This document shows, piece by piece, positions 11,462-22,200 of a stretch of 64,000 bases of DNA. The stretch is taken from assembly GCA_963666365.2 (NCBI GenBank), contig CAXXNF010000001.1, positions 128,001 to 192,000 on the forward strand, given 5' to 3'. The notes under the pieces were generated by a model that was given only the letters and a program-made list of their open reading frames with translations, made no database searches and had not been told where the DNA came from. How positions within the stretch are numbered: position 1 is the first letter of the stretch; each line of letters opens with the position of its first letter. The position numbers and the translations under genes were made by a program. The DNA is from Syntrophales bacterium (GTDB taxonomy: Bacteria; Desulfobacterota; Syntrophia; Syntrophales; UBA2210).

Positions 11462-14398
11462 CTATTCTTTCGACAGCCAGGCCAGATCACGCTCCGTGAC
11501 CGCAATCTCCACAGGACAACCGGTTTCATCGGTCAACACTGTTGCGGTCAGCCAGATGTTCAAAAGGTTTCCGTCTTTGGTCCGTCGTCGGCTCTTAAAT
11601 GATTTGATGATTTCACCTTTCCGCAACTTCGCGGTGATTTCATTGATCTCTTCGGGACAATCCTCTGGAATCAGTACCGCATAATTCATTTGCAGGGCCT
11701 CGGATTCGCTGTAGCCGTACATGGCCTCAGCCCCTTTGTTCCAGGCCCTGATCTGTCCCTTGAAATCCATTACTGCGATGGCGTCGTTGGTATCTTCCAA
11801 AACGACCGCTAACCGCTTGACGATGCCTGCCTTTTTTACATCATGGATGTTAATAAAGGTCATCACCACCCCTTCGATCACATTTTCAACCGTCCGGTAG
11901 GGCATCATCTTCAATGAATACCAGATGCCACCGTCCGACAAGATTTCAGTGCTGATGGTGTTGAGGTCTTTTAAAACCGTTTTCGCCTGGTCGGCCAGAT
12001 CAACCTCCGGAAAACTTGTTTTCAGGTCGCCGATCGGCCTGCCGATATCGGTTTGTATCAATTTGATGACCCCGGCTGCCGCAGGTGTAAATCGCTTGAT
12101 GTAAAGATGGCTATCCAAAAAGATCGAGGCGATCTCGGTAGCGGCCAGCAGATTGTTCATGTCATTGCTGGACTTTGACAGTTCATCCACCTTGTTTTGA
12201 AGCTCCGCATTGACCGTGGACAGCTCCTCGTTGGTGGATTGAAGCTCTTCCTTGGAGGTTTCAAGCTCCTCATTGGTGCTTTGAAGCTCCTCGTTGACCG
12301 ACTGAAGCTCTTCGTTAGTCGATTTGAGCTCCTCGTTGGAGGTTTCCAGTTCTTCGATGGTGGACTGAAGATATTCCCGGGTGGATTGAAGATCCTGTTC
12401 GAGCTGCTTGATTTCCGAAGTCTGCTTTTTATCTTTGGGTTTTTTATCCAATGCACCGTCGGCGACTTGCGCGGGGGTTGTGTCTTCAAACACGACCAGC
12501 ATCAACCCCTTGGAATCACCCTTATCGGATAAAGGTCCGACGGTGATGTCAACCACTGTGAAAGTGCCGTTCAGTTTGATCCGGACACCCTTCTGTGTCG
12601 TGTGGGTTTTATCTCGAAACGCTTTGTTCAGCGTGGTCGTCAATTTGTATTTGAGATCCTGACGGGCCATGGTTAAAATATTGAAACTGGGTTTGCCCGT
12701 GGGTGGCACCAGGTATTTTTCCGTCCGGCCGACAAAATGCAGAATCTCGTACTTGTCATTGACCAAAACACCGGAAGGGGCGTACCCGTCCAGTATCGCC
12801 TTTTCGGCCAGGGCCTGGATATCGCTTGGCGCTGGCAATTGCTGACCGGCCTCAGGCCCGGTGCCCTCTGATCTTTCGTCTGCGATTCCTTTTGAATAGT
12901 CGACAATGCCGCTCGAAAAGCCTTCTTTTCGCTGATAGACTTTCCATTTGGAGTCAATCGGCGCAAATAAATCCGTAAATTCGCCGATGGTCTCGGAAGT
13001 CCCCAGCAGCAAAGTCCCTCCCGGATTCAAGGTGTAATGAAATATCGGGATCATTTTTTTCTGAAGTGTAGTGTCCAGATAGATCATCAGGTTCCGGCAA
13101 CTCACCAAATCCAGCTTTGAAAAGGGCGGGTCCTTGGTGACGCTTTGCAGGGAAAAAACAACCATATCCCGGACCTGCTTCTTGATTTTGAATAAGCCCT
13201 CTTCTTTTATGAAAAACTGGCGCAGGCGCTGTTCGGAAACATCCCCGGCAATGCTGGCCGGATAAATCCCCTTTCGGGCATCTTCAATGGCTGCCTCGTC
13301 GATATCCGTGGCAAATATCTGGACATTGATATGCTTTTTGAGCTTCTCCATGGCCTCTGAGATGAGGATGGCAAAAGAATACGCCTCTTCGCCGGTGGAG
13401 CAGCCCACGACCCAGCAGCGCAGCGTGTCTTCCGGGTGCTTGGCTTCTATCACTTTTGCAAGCGCCTGCGTTTCGATCACCTCATAGGCTTTCGGGTCCC
13501 TGAAAAAGCTGGTCACGCCGATGACCAGGTTTTTGAACAAGGTTTCGATTTCAGAAGGGTTTTTTTGAATGAACAGGATGTAGTCGGGCAGTGAATTGAT
13601 CTGGTGAACCGCCAGGCGGCGCTCTAATCGGCGTTCGATAGTGCTGTGCTTGTAATGGGAAAAATCATGACCCGTTGCACTTCGGATCAGCGCGAAAATC
13701 TTCTGAAGCTGATGTTGGCCGCTGGTTTCACTAAAAACGATCTTGCCGGGTCTCTTGATAACCGGATGTTTCACATAACGGATCAGGTGTTCCGGCATCT
13801 TTTCCACTGGAAGAATGAAATCCACCAGACCGGTTTCAATGGCACTTTTGGGCATGCCTTCATACTTGGCCGTATCAGGGTCCTGAACCATGACCATGCC
13901 GCCTTCACCCTTGACGGCCTTGATGCCCAGGGTTCCATCTGAGGCCGTCCCCGATAGAACGATGGCTATGGCCTTTTCTTTCTGATTTTCGGAGAGAGCT
14001 CGGAAAAAATAATCGATCGGCATGTTGATCGCGCCGGTTTTAACAGGTTCCATCAGGTGAAGGATCTGGTTGAAAACAGCCACATTTTTATTTGGGGGAT
14101 TGAGGTACACGCAGTTGGGTTCAAGAGGGCTTGCGTCTTGGATTTCACCCACGGCCATCTGTGTGTGTTTGGCCAGCAACGACGCCATGACGCTTTTGTG
14201 CTTGGGACTCAGATGCTGGATGATCACAAAGGCCATACCGGAATCTGGCGGCATCTTGCGGAAAAAGGCTTCCAGGGTTTCCAGGCCACCGGCGGAAGCA
14301 CCAATACCGACAATTATAAGGTATTTTTTTACCAGCTTTTTCTTCTGGCTGGCTTTGGTGGGGGGTGCTTTTTTCTTATTTGTTGGCATGGTCACCAC
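11462..14398 (-). CDS. CheB/CheR fusion with coiled coil and PAS domains
   Basis: CheB GASAGG/IQHL/SGTASDG; CheR GCSTGEEAYS, DPPFSKLDLVSCRNLMIY; EELQSTNEEL heptads; C-terminal PAS. Confidence 0.93.
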   Translation of the reverse strand: MVTMPTNKKKAPPTKASQKKKLVKKYLIIVGIGASAGGLETLEAFFRKMPPDSGMAFVIIQHLSPKHKSVMASLLAKHTQMAVGEIQDASPLEPNCVYLNPPNKNVAVFNQILHLMEPVKTGAINMPIDYFFRALSENQKEKAIAIVLSGTASDGTLGIKAVKGEGGMVMVQDPDTAKYEGMPKSAIETGLVDFILPVEKMPEHLIRYVKHPVIKRPGKIVFSETSGQHQLQKIFALIRSATGHDFSHYKHSTIERRLERRLAVHQINSLPDYILFIQKNPSEIETLFKNLVIGVTSFFRDPKAYEVIETQALAKVIEAKHPEDTLRCWVVGCSTGEEAYSFAILISEAMEKLKKHINVQIFATDIDEAAIEDARKGIYPASIAGDVSEQRLRQFFIKEEGLFKIKKQVRDMVVFSLQSVTKDPPFSKLDLVSCRNLMIYLDTTLQKKMIPIFHYTLNPGGTLLLGTSETIGEFTDLFAPIDSKWKVYQRKEGFSSGIVDYSKGIADERSEGTGPEAGQQLPAPSDIQALAEKAILDGYAPSGVLVNDKYEILHFVGRTEKYLVPPTGKPSFNILTMARQDLKYKLTTTLNKAFRDKTHTTQKGVRIKLNGTFTVVDITVGPLSDKGDSKGLMLVVFEDTTPAQVADGALDKKPKDKKQTSEIKQLEQDLQSTREYLQSTIEELETSNEELKSTNEELQSVNEELQSTNEELETSKEELQSTNEELSTVNAELQNKVDELSKSSNDMNNLLAATEIASIFLDSHLYIKRFTPAAAGVIKLIQTDIGRPIGDLKTSFPEVDLADQAKTVLKDLNTISTEILSDGGIWYSLKMMPYRTVENVIEGVVMTFINIHDVKKAGIVKRLAVVLEDTNDAIAVMDFKGQIRAWNKGAEAMYGYSESEALQMNYAVLIPEDCPEEINEITAKLRKGEIIKSFKSRRRTKDGNLLNIWLTATVLTDETGCPVEIAVTERDLAWLSKE

Positions 14399-14645
14399 CT
14401 TTAAATGGGACGGTTGAAGATTTTACATGGTTGGTTAAAAGTTGCGATTATCTTGCATGACAGAAAGTATTTTCCGCCAGTTTCATTTTTGCCGATATTT
14501 TTGGTGTTCTCAACCATCCTGATAACATGCTTGTACAAGCTGAATTGTCCCATAATCTGTGTAATCGTTATGCCATCCCAATATATGTAGCCGGCCCTTG
14601 ATGGTCTCTATATTCGATCCCGGTGAACACTCCATTTTCGGATAA

Positions 14646-15254
14646 TTATTTAATAGATTCCTTTGATAGATCCCGCTCTCTCCACGCTTCAACGGCAGCT
14701 GTCAGTTCCTTGCTTACGTTGCTTATCTCACCGGCGGAGAGTTTACGTCCGATGAGCCGCTCGGACATCATCGAGAGGGTGCGCGTACTTACGCCGGCCA
14801 GGAACATAACGCTGAGGTCCTCCCTCAGAACATCTTCATATTGTTTGCTTCGTGGAATGACCTGGGTACTGAAAAGGCCATTTCGATCCCGCGGTACCTT
14901 AAGATCGACTTTGCCGATGCCTTTCAGTGTAAATTTGCGATGATAGGAACCATTGCGATGATTTGTATCCTCCTGACAGCGAACATAACGGTCTCTTCCC
15001 AGAAAATGGCTCAGTTCCTTATCCATAAGTATGGAAAGATATTGTCCTGTTTCTTGTATGTTCTCTCGAATCATGGCAAAAAGGTTCTGTTGTTCCTCAC
15101 AGATTCCGTTGATAATATCCGTCACTTCTGCTACTGTAATTTCCATCTTCATGGCGCTTCTCCTTTATCTATGGTTTCTTGGACAAAACCCTTATATTGG
15201 AAAAGCGCCTTTTTTACGACCTTTTATAATTTACACAAGATATTTTACACTACC
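14646..15254 (-). mobile_element. Truncated IS256-family element (left end plus N-terminal transposase 14646..15152)
   Basis: RNGSY, VPRDRNG, GVSTR motifs; DDE region missing; IS256-like end GGTAGTGTAAAATATCTTGTGTAAA starting at 15254. Confidence 0.85.
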
Positions 15255-15260
15255 ATACTA

Positions 15261-16483
15261 GTACCATGTAACCTTTATACCTTCGGATAAAGACGCTTCA
15301 ATTTAATCCGAGCGTCTGGGGTAGTAAATTGCCATACAATGTTCTTCGCACTGTTGTTTCGGTCTTTTTCCCATGCGGCTACTTCAGCCCGCATGGTTGT
15401 TATATCAGGAATCCGGCGATCAAGGCATTGTCCTTTCAGGGCGCTGAATTCGATCTCTGCCATATTGAGCCAACTGCCATGTTTGGGCGTGTAATGGATT
15501 TCTAGCCGTTCCGCCAAACGCCGGGCTTCACCGGGTTCGAATGTTTCGTAGAGTGAGGCAATCCTATGGGTATTCAGATTATCCATGACCAAGCGCACCT
15601 TGACAGCGCCGGAATAGCGTTCATCGAGCATCTGCTTGATCTGCATCGCCCAATCCTTTCCGGTGCGATGTTCCGTGATTGCCACATGTCGTCTGCCAGC
15701 GAGAGGCTCTACTTCCATAAATATTTCCACTACCCCGTTTCTGACATACTCGTCATCTGTGCGCGCCGGTCTTCCCGGCACGCACGGCATGGGCTCTCGC
15801 ACTTCGCCGACAAGCTGCTTGCAGGATTCATCCATGCATACTACCGGATACGCGGGATCATAAGGCATATGATATATCTCCAGCACATCTTCCATGCACG
15901 CTACAAAGGCTGCGTTCCCTTCGGGAGGGATTTTCCAGTACTTTCTGATGTGAGGCTTAAATTCGTTTTTTTTAACACCCGCTGCACCGTCATATGCGAT
16001 ACGGATTCGGCAATGCCAAGCTCAACGGCTTTGTCGGCAAGCAATCTGACCGTCCAGCGCCGACGCCCTTCCGGGGCATCCGAGCAGGCAAGTGCAACCA
16101 GTCGCGCCTCAAAGGCGCCGTCAAAGATGATGTCGCGCGGAGGTTTTTCCCGTGCTCTGCGTGCGAGTGCGGCTTCAAGCCCTTCTTCCACAAACCGCTT
16201 CTTGAGATGTTCAATCGAACGGCTCGACACCCCAAGCGCCTCTGCGACATCGGAAACGTTCCATGCAGAACCGTCAGCGCCGGCGTCGCACAACAGCAAC
16301 GCACGAGCATGGATGAATTTTCTGGCATGGGTCTTTCCTTTGTGTGTCATTGCCTCAAGCTCTCTACGCTCTTCTTTGGTAAGGGTTACTCGATATCTTG
16401 GCGACATAGCAACCTCCTTTGTTGGATTGCCGCCAGTATATCATATTTTCCATAAATACGAAATATATTATGTTACATGGTAC
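15261..16483 (-). mobile_element. Complete IS630-family element
   Basis: IRs GTACCATGTAAC / GTTACATGGTAC; TA duplication in a CTAG target (15259-60, 16484-85). Confidence 0.92.
15275..16407 (-). CDS. IS630 transposase (orfA HTH 15901..16407 plus orfB DDE), joined by a -1 frameshift
   Basis: A8 slippery run at 15966-15973 gives LKK-NEFKPHIRKYWKIPP; DDE motifs CMDE, VMDNLNTH, WLNMAEIE. Confidence 0.9.
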
Positions 16484-16494
16484 TAGCCCGACAA

Positions 16495-19188
16495 TCACTC
16501 TTTTTCTCCCTTGAGCACCTCATGCAACACCTTGCTCAATGACCTGGATTCAAATGGTTTGGGCATCATACCCTTAAAGCCATATTCCTGAAAATTCGCC
16601 AGGACCGGATCGTCGGAGTAACCACTGGAAACAATGGCTTTCATCTCAGGATCAATCTCAAGTAATTTGTTAATCGCTTCTTTGCCGCCCATCCCGCCGG
16701 GAATGGTCAAATCCAGAATGACAGCATCATAGGGCTTTTCAGCTTCTTTGGCGTCTTTAACCATCCGAATCGCTTCAGACCCGTCCTTTGCAAATTCTGA
16801 TTCATAACCCAGGCGCCCCAGCATTCTTCCGACCATCTTCCTTAACGGCGCTTCATCATCCATCACCAGAATCCTGCCATGGCCCTTAATTAGCTTAATT
16901 TCTTCTTTTTCAGGAATTGCCTTGTCGGAAGCGGGCAGATAGATATGAAATGTCGTACCAACCCCCAGTTGGGATTCCACCGCAATATGTCCATTGTGCT
17001 TTTTGATGATGGAATAGGTCGTGGCAAGCCCGAGGCCACTCCCGGCATGCCTGGTTGTAAAATAAGGATCAAATATGTTTGCAAGATGTTTTTCCGCTAT
17101 ACCCACTCCTTGATCTTTAATGGATATCTTGATGTATCTGCCGGGGTTAACCGGCAGACCATGCCTGTCCTCTATTATTAGATTCTCTGCCGCAACCTGA
17201 ATGATTCCTCCTCCCGGCATGGCTTGGTTCGCATTGATCACAATATTATTAATGACCTGACTGATCTGCCCGACGTCAACCTCAGCCGGCCAGAGATCTT
17301 CTGCTATCGATAACTTGCAACTGGATTTTGAGCCTCGAAGCACAAAGGAAGGCGATTCTTTGAGGATATCTTTGATTGAGGCGGGCTCTTTTACTGGCGC
17401 TCCTCCTTTGGCAAATGTCAATAACTGTTTTGTCAGTGTCTTCGCCCTTATTGAAGCCTTCTCGGCTTCGCTTAACATTTCAAATGTTTCCCCAGTAGGT
17501 GTCATCTGCATTTTGGCCAAGGAAACATTGCCGAGAATCGTGGTCAGGATGTTGTTAAAATCATGGGCGATGCCGCCCGCAAGCAGCCCCACGGATTCAA
17601 GCTTTTGAGCCCTTAAGAGCTCTTCTTCCAAGCTCTTGCGTTTGGTTATATCTTGAGCGGTTCCAAACATTCGGGTGACGCTACCATCTTCACTCTTAAC
17701 TGCTGAACCTCTTGCATGCATCCAGCGGGTTTCACCATTCGATCGTTTTATTCTAAATTCAATATCAAAAGGTGTCCCATTAGTACTTAGTTCTTGAATG
17801 GAATTATCCAGAAGACCCCAATCCTCATCATGGATAATGTTTACATGTGCTGCAAAAGAAGGTTCGCTCTTTTTTGGATCAAGCCCTAATATATGGAATA
17901 TTCCTTCTGACCACACCGGTGTTCCTGATGGTGAATTAAGCTCCCAATGCCCTATCTGAGCAACATGCTGCGCTTCCTTATGAAGCTCTTCACTTTTTTT
18001 AAGAGCTTCTTCGACTTGCTTGCGCTCGGTGATTTCTTTCCTTAATCCTATATTAGCCTTTTCCAGGTCCAATGTCGTATTAGCCAGAGCGATGGCTTGG
18101 TTACGCGATTGGGTTAAAGACAACACCATGCCAAATAACAGCAGACTGCTGATGATGCCAAGCAATAAGCTGAAGTTCGTTAAGCCGGTCTCGATGCCTT
18201 CTTCGAAATATTTTGAGGAAACGAAAGATAACAGCCACCGATGGCCGGCATATTCCAGGATGGATTGGTGAGTGGCAAAATGGCGGCCTTCAGAGTAGTT
18301 TTGGGATTCTTTCGCGGTATCGCTGTGATATAGCAGGGTTTCTTTAAGTGGCTTATCGCCATCAAAGATCTGAAGTTTAACGTAATCCTTATTTTCTACC
18401 AGAACACCCTTCATGAAATCATTCATACGAAAAGGGCTGTAAACATATCCCATTAACGCCTTACGCCTCTGTTCCGTGGTTTCTTTCAGTTCTCCTTTGC
18501 GGTAAATCGCCAGGTAGATGAGAAAGCCTGCCTGTATGTCTTCGTCCGTTTCCTGGACCAGGGTGACCTTGCCGCTCAAGGCTGCTGTTCCTGTGTCACG
18601 AGCTCTGATCATGGCTTCTTTACGGGTGGGTTCGGAAAACATGTCATAGCCAAAAGCCCGCTGATTTCGCCAATCGAAGGGCTCCAGGAAGATTATCGAG
18701 GTGTATTCCGGCCGATCCCCGTCTGGTTTGATAGAGTATTGAGGGAAACCCTCGCCGCGAATCTGACGAATGTGAGCCGCCTTTTCAGAAGAAAGAATTC
18801 GTTTAGAAAAGCCAACCCCTTGAACTCCCGGGTAATATTGATTAACCTGCAACGTCGTTACATAGGTCCGCCATTCCTCCCGGGTGACTTCGTCGGAAGC
18901 CGCAAAAAGACCGTCCCCCCCTCGGAGCAGAAATTCATAAGTCTGGAGGCGCTCGTAGATCCCTGTTTCTATTGTCTTAACCCGAAAATCAAAACGCGCT
19001 TGAGCTCTTTTTTTTGCTTCGCCTCCAGCCGAATACCAGGCGTTGAAAGTGATCAGAAGAGCCGCCAACAAAACAATCCAGGCACCCCATCTGCCCATAA
19101 GGCCAGGAAGGTGAAAAATCGAAAATATACCAGACGTCCGAGTGGAAATGTGATCAGGTAGTTCCGGTGTATTCTTATCTTGCATCAT
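16495..19188 (-). CDS. CHASE-PAS hybrid histidine kinase with receiver
   Basis: Two TM segments flanking CHASE (NQRAFGYDMFSEPTR..ARDTG); AGGIAHDFNN; DLTIPGGMGG receiver. Confidence 0.92.
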   Translation of the reverse strand: MMQDKNTPELPDHISTRTSGIFSIFHLPGLMGRWGAWIVLLAALLITFNAWYSAGGEAKKRAQARFDFRVKTIETGIYERLQTYEFLLRGGDGLFAASDEVTREEWRTYVTTLQVNQYYPGVQGVGFSKRILSSEKAAHIRQIRGEGFPQYSIKPDGDRPEYTSIIFLEPFDWRNQRAFGYDMFSEPTRKEAMIRARDTGTAALSGKVTLVQETDEDIQAGFLIYLAIYRKGELKETTEQRRKALMGYVYSPFRMNDFMKGVLVENKDYVKLQIFDGDKPLKETLLYHSDTAKESQNYSEGRHFATHQSILEYAGHRWLLSFVSSKYFEEGIETGLTNFSLLLGIISSLLLFGMVLSLTQSRNQAIALANTTLDLEKANIGLRKEITERKQVEEALKKSEELHKEAQHVAQIGHWELNSPSGTPVWSEGIFHILGLDPKKSEPSFAAHVNIIHDEDWGLLDNSIQELSTNGTPFDIEFRIKRSNGETRWMHARGSAVKSEDGSVTRMFGTAQDITKRKSLEEELLRAQKLESVGLLAGGIAHDFNNILTTILGNVSLAKMQMTPTGETFEMLSEAEKASIRAKTLTKQLLTFAKGGAPVKEPASIKDILKESPSFVLRGSKSSCKLSIAEDLWPAEVDVGQISQVINNIVINANQAMPGGGIIQVAAENLIIEDRHGLPVNPGRYIKISIKDQGVGIAEKHLANIFDPYFTTRHAGSGLGLATTYSIIKKHNGHIAVESQLGVGTTFHIYLPASDKAIPEKEEIKLIKGHGRILVMDDEAPLRKMVGRMLGRLGYESEFAKDGSEAIRMVKDAKEAEKPYDAVILDLTIPGGMGGKEAINKLLEIDPEMKAIVSSGYSDDPVLANFQEYGFKGMMPKPFESRSLSKVLHEVLKGEKE

Positions 19189-19284
19189 CGGGCCTCATTT
19201 TTTTCAATCTACAATTCGTAATCGAATAATTTCCCTTAACCTGGCCAGGATGGCTCTTTCTCTACTCTCCTTCTCGCAGCATTT

Positions 19285-19784
19285 TGACCCCTGATGTCAA
19301 TAGTGGACACCAATAAAAAATATTTAAGCTGCGTTCCTCCCTGCATAGAATTGCTGTTCATACCCAACAGGGGATACGTAGCCAAGCCTCTTCTGAAGTC
19401 GTTGTCGATTATAAAATATCTCAATATATTCCGTGATCTCTCTAATTGCATGTTCTCTTGTGGCATAACGACGATGATAGATAAGCTCGCTCTTCATGGT
19501 TCCCCAAAAACTTTCGATAGGCGCATTATCATAACAACAGCCCTTCCGGCTCATGGAAGCTTTCATATGAAAACTATCAAGGAGTTTCTGGTATTCAAAT
19601 GAACAGTACTGACTTCCACGGTCAGAATGATTGATGAGCCCGCGCTCAGGCCGTTTTCTTCTTACCGCCATCAATAAAGATGTAATGACAAGTTCTTGCG
19701 TCATCCTCGAGTCCAGTGCGTAGCCTACAATCTCACCGCTAAAAAGGTCTTTGTGGGCAGCACAGTAAAGCCATCCCTCATCTG
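19285..19784 (-). mobile_element. IS3-family 3' remnant (integrase core of OrfB plus right end)
   Basis: EGWLY..DLFSGEIVGY, HSDRGSQY, CYDNAPIESFW, YNRQR motifs; 5' part absent; TG-starting end near 19285. Confidence 0.85.
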
Positions 19785-19809
19785 AAATTTATAAGGGTCA
19801 GGCGTTGAC

Positions 19810-21522
19810 GGCCTGTTGCCCAAATGATTTTTTTAAAAATACAGACACTCCCGTATCCCTATAGAAGAGTCCGGGAGAAATTTTTGCACGTCCGTTAAGC
19901 AGGGCTCGGCAAAACATGGCCGATACCGAAAAGGTTCTTAAATATATTAACAATAACAACTATTTGTAAATATTTTGCATCGCCCCAATGCATTTCTCCT
20001 GTCCGAACATTGCTCTTTGACATCTTTCCCGTGGACTGCCGCATCAGGATGGCAATATTCTGGACGGCGGCAATAAGAAAGTCTTGAATCTCCATGCGCC
20101 AGAAATTTCGCCATCTCGCTCGCTTATACCCATATCTCGTTGACCAGGCAAACGACCTCTCGGATAAATCCTGACGGCGCTTCACATCCTTCCGCGCTTT
20201 TTTGCTTCCCGCTTCTCTCAGCGCTGCTTCGAGATCATCATGCCGTGCGTGTCGTTTAAGCGATCGTCCGTCCTTTGCCCGCGTACACTGTTTTCTCAGC
20301 GGACAGGCCGAGCAGATTGCCGATGAAGCTTTATATTCATAGTAGGTTCGTTTCTTGTTGTAATTCCGTCTTTGCAGCATGCGACCAGCAGGGCAGAGGA
20401 AGGCGTCCTTCACAGGGTCGTAGATGAACTCTTCCTTCGGGAAAATGCCTTTTTGTCTTCCCGACCCGCGGCCGGTCTTTTCAAGGGAAGGCATGTGCGC
20501 CTTTATCTTTCTGTCGCGGCAGAGAAGGAAATTGTCGATCGTCCCGTATTTGCTGTCGGCCACCGCCGTTTCCACCGTATGCTCCGTATTGCGCTCGTGA
20601 GCGTCAATCATATCTTCCAGAGCATGGCCGTCATCCACTGATCCGGCGGTCACTTTTGTGGCAGTGATGATCTCGTGCTTTTCATCGACGGCACGATGCG
20701 TTTTGTAGCGTACCTTTGATTTACTCCCCCGGTGACGGGTAACGGAAGCGTCGGGATCGGTCGTGGAGATATACCGTTTGTCTACGGGGGTCGTCTTCGA
20801 CGCCTCTATGTCATCCAATCGCTTTTCAAGACGCCGATAACTTTTATTTAAATGTTTCGTGAGTTTGTGTGTATCCACTACTGAATTATTAGATGCGTCC
20901 GCATCGATAAGACTCGCATCCACAAAAAGCTTGCCGCCCTCAATCAGTCCTGCTTCGACGCACTGCCACACAATCCGCTCAAAAAAGAGCTTAAAGGCCG
21001 CAGTCCCCCATCGATTGCGGGCTTTGCTCAAGACGCTGTGATTGGGAACTTCCTCGTCAACGTCGTACCCGAGAAACCATAACCAATCCAGGCGCAAAGG
21101 AATCGTCTTCATGAGTTCCCGCTCCGATCGAACATTATAGAAAATCAGCAGGAGCATCATTTTAAGGATTATCGGCGGGGGAACGGAAACATTGCCCCGC
21201 TCTCCATAGGTGTCCTTCACAGCATCGGATACGAAATCGAAATCAATGCGATCCCGCATCTTCCGCAGCACATGATCCTGTGGAATCCTGTCTTCAAAAT
21301 TGATGTGATAGTGAAAGAGCTTTGACTGAAAATCAGGTTGGCGACCCATCATGGCAAGACCCTCACTGTTGGAGAATATAACGGACCTTATATACCATAA
21401 TATGGCAATTAATACAATGTGTTAAATGCGTTTGTCGATCATCTGACGCAACAAAAATACAACGGAATACTTACTTAATCCTATTCGCGTCTATTCGGCA
21501 TAGGGGATTTGGGCAACAGGCC
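19810..21522 (-). mobile_element. IS1182-family element
   Basis: IRs GGCCTGTTGCCCAAAT (19810-19825) / ATTTGGGCAACAGGCC (21507-21522) around an intact transposase. Confidence 0.88.
19895..21352 (-). CDS. IS1182-family transposase
   Basis: SERELM, PNHSVLSKAR, VDASLIDADAS, STTDPDA, ADSKYG, CPAG and CSACPLRKQCT motifs. Confidence 0.92.
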   Translation of the reverse strand: MMGRQPDFQSKLFHYHINFEDRIPQDHVLRKMRDRIDFDFVSDAVKDTYGERGNVSVPPPIILKMMLLLIFYNVRSERELMKTIPLRLDWLWFLGYDVDEEVPNHSVLSKARNRWGTAAFKLFFERIVWQCVEAGLIEGGKLFVDASLIDADASNNSVVDTHKLTKHLNKSYRRLEKRLDDIEASKTTPVDKRYISTTDPDASVTRHRGSKSKVRYKTHRAVDEKHEIITATKVTAGSVDDGHALEDMIDAHERNTEHTVETAVADSKYGTIDNFLLCRDRKIKAHMPSLEKTGRGSGRQKGIFPKEEFIYDPVKDAFLCPAGRMLQRRNYNKKRTYYEYKASSAICSACPLRKQCTRAKDGRSLKRHARHDDLEAALREAGSKKARKDVKRRQDLSERSFAWSTRYGYKRARWRNFWRMEIQDFLIAAVQNIAILMRQSTGKMSKSNVRTGEMHWGDAKYLQIVVIVNIFKNLFGIGHVLPSPA

Positions 21523-21638
21523 GTCAACGACTGACCCCATTTTTGGCCGACCCCATTTTTGGCCCAATGCTTTCACACTGTATTTTCTACCGTCCCTACA
21601 GTGTTTCGAAGAGATCCTCTCGTTGCGCATCTACGTGT

Positions 21639-22085
21639 TCACTTCACCACCATTACCTGGCATTCGGCATTGCGCACGACCTTTTCGGCCACGCTTCCCA
21701 GCAGCAGTTTTTTCAGTCCCGTTCTTCCATGGGAGGCGATGACGATCAGATCGGCGCCGACCCTTTTCTGCTCGGCCAGAATAGTCTCCGACGGCACCCC
21801 TCTCTGAATATCGAACACGATCTCAATCCCCCGGGACGCGATGATGGCATTGACCGCCTTTTCCAGTCTTTGTCGCGAGGCCCTGATACTGTCCTCTTCA
21901 ATCTGCTGCATGAGATCGGCGCTCAGGCAGTAATGGTCGGCACACTGCACCATGTCGGAAGAAATCACATGCAGAAGGACAATGCTGGAACCGAACTTCT
22001 CGGCAATATCGACCGCCTCCTTGAGGGCATTGTCCGAAGATTCGGAAAAATCGGAAGGAACCAGAATTTTTTTGGGTGAAAACAT
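21639..22085 (-). CDS. Universal stress protein (UspA family)
   Basis: KILVPSDFSE, DLIVIASHGRTG, LLGSVAEKVVR. Confidence 0.95.
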   Translation of the reverse strand: MFSPKKILVPSDFSESSDNALKEAVDIAEKFGSSIVLLHVISSDMVQCADHYCLSADLMQQIEEDSIRASRQRLEKAVNAIIASRGIEIVFDIQRGVPSETILAEQKRVGADLIVIASHGRTGLKKLLLGSVAEKVVRNAECQVMVVK

Positions 22086-22200
22086 GGAACACCTCCTTAT
22101 TTTATATTTTTTTGCGGTTGTTCCGCTTTATCCATATCCCCCAAGTTTACCTGCCATTTTACAGTAAAATCGTTAACAAACAATCTTTTTCTATCATCGG

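Noticed and set aside
12200..12360. 21-bp periodic DNA repeat
   Set aside because: It encodes the ordinary EELQSTNEEL coiled coil of CheBR proteins.
14560..14580. Sigma54-like TGGCAT-N5-TTAC upstream of cheBR
   Set aside because: It lacks the conserved -12 GC and has no other support.
22156..22170. ATTTTACAGTAAAAT as another TetR operator
   Set aside because: The half-site spacer is 1 nt rather than 4 and it is far from the cluster.
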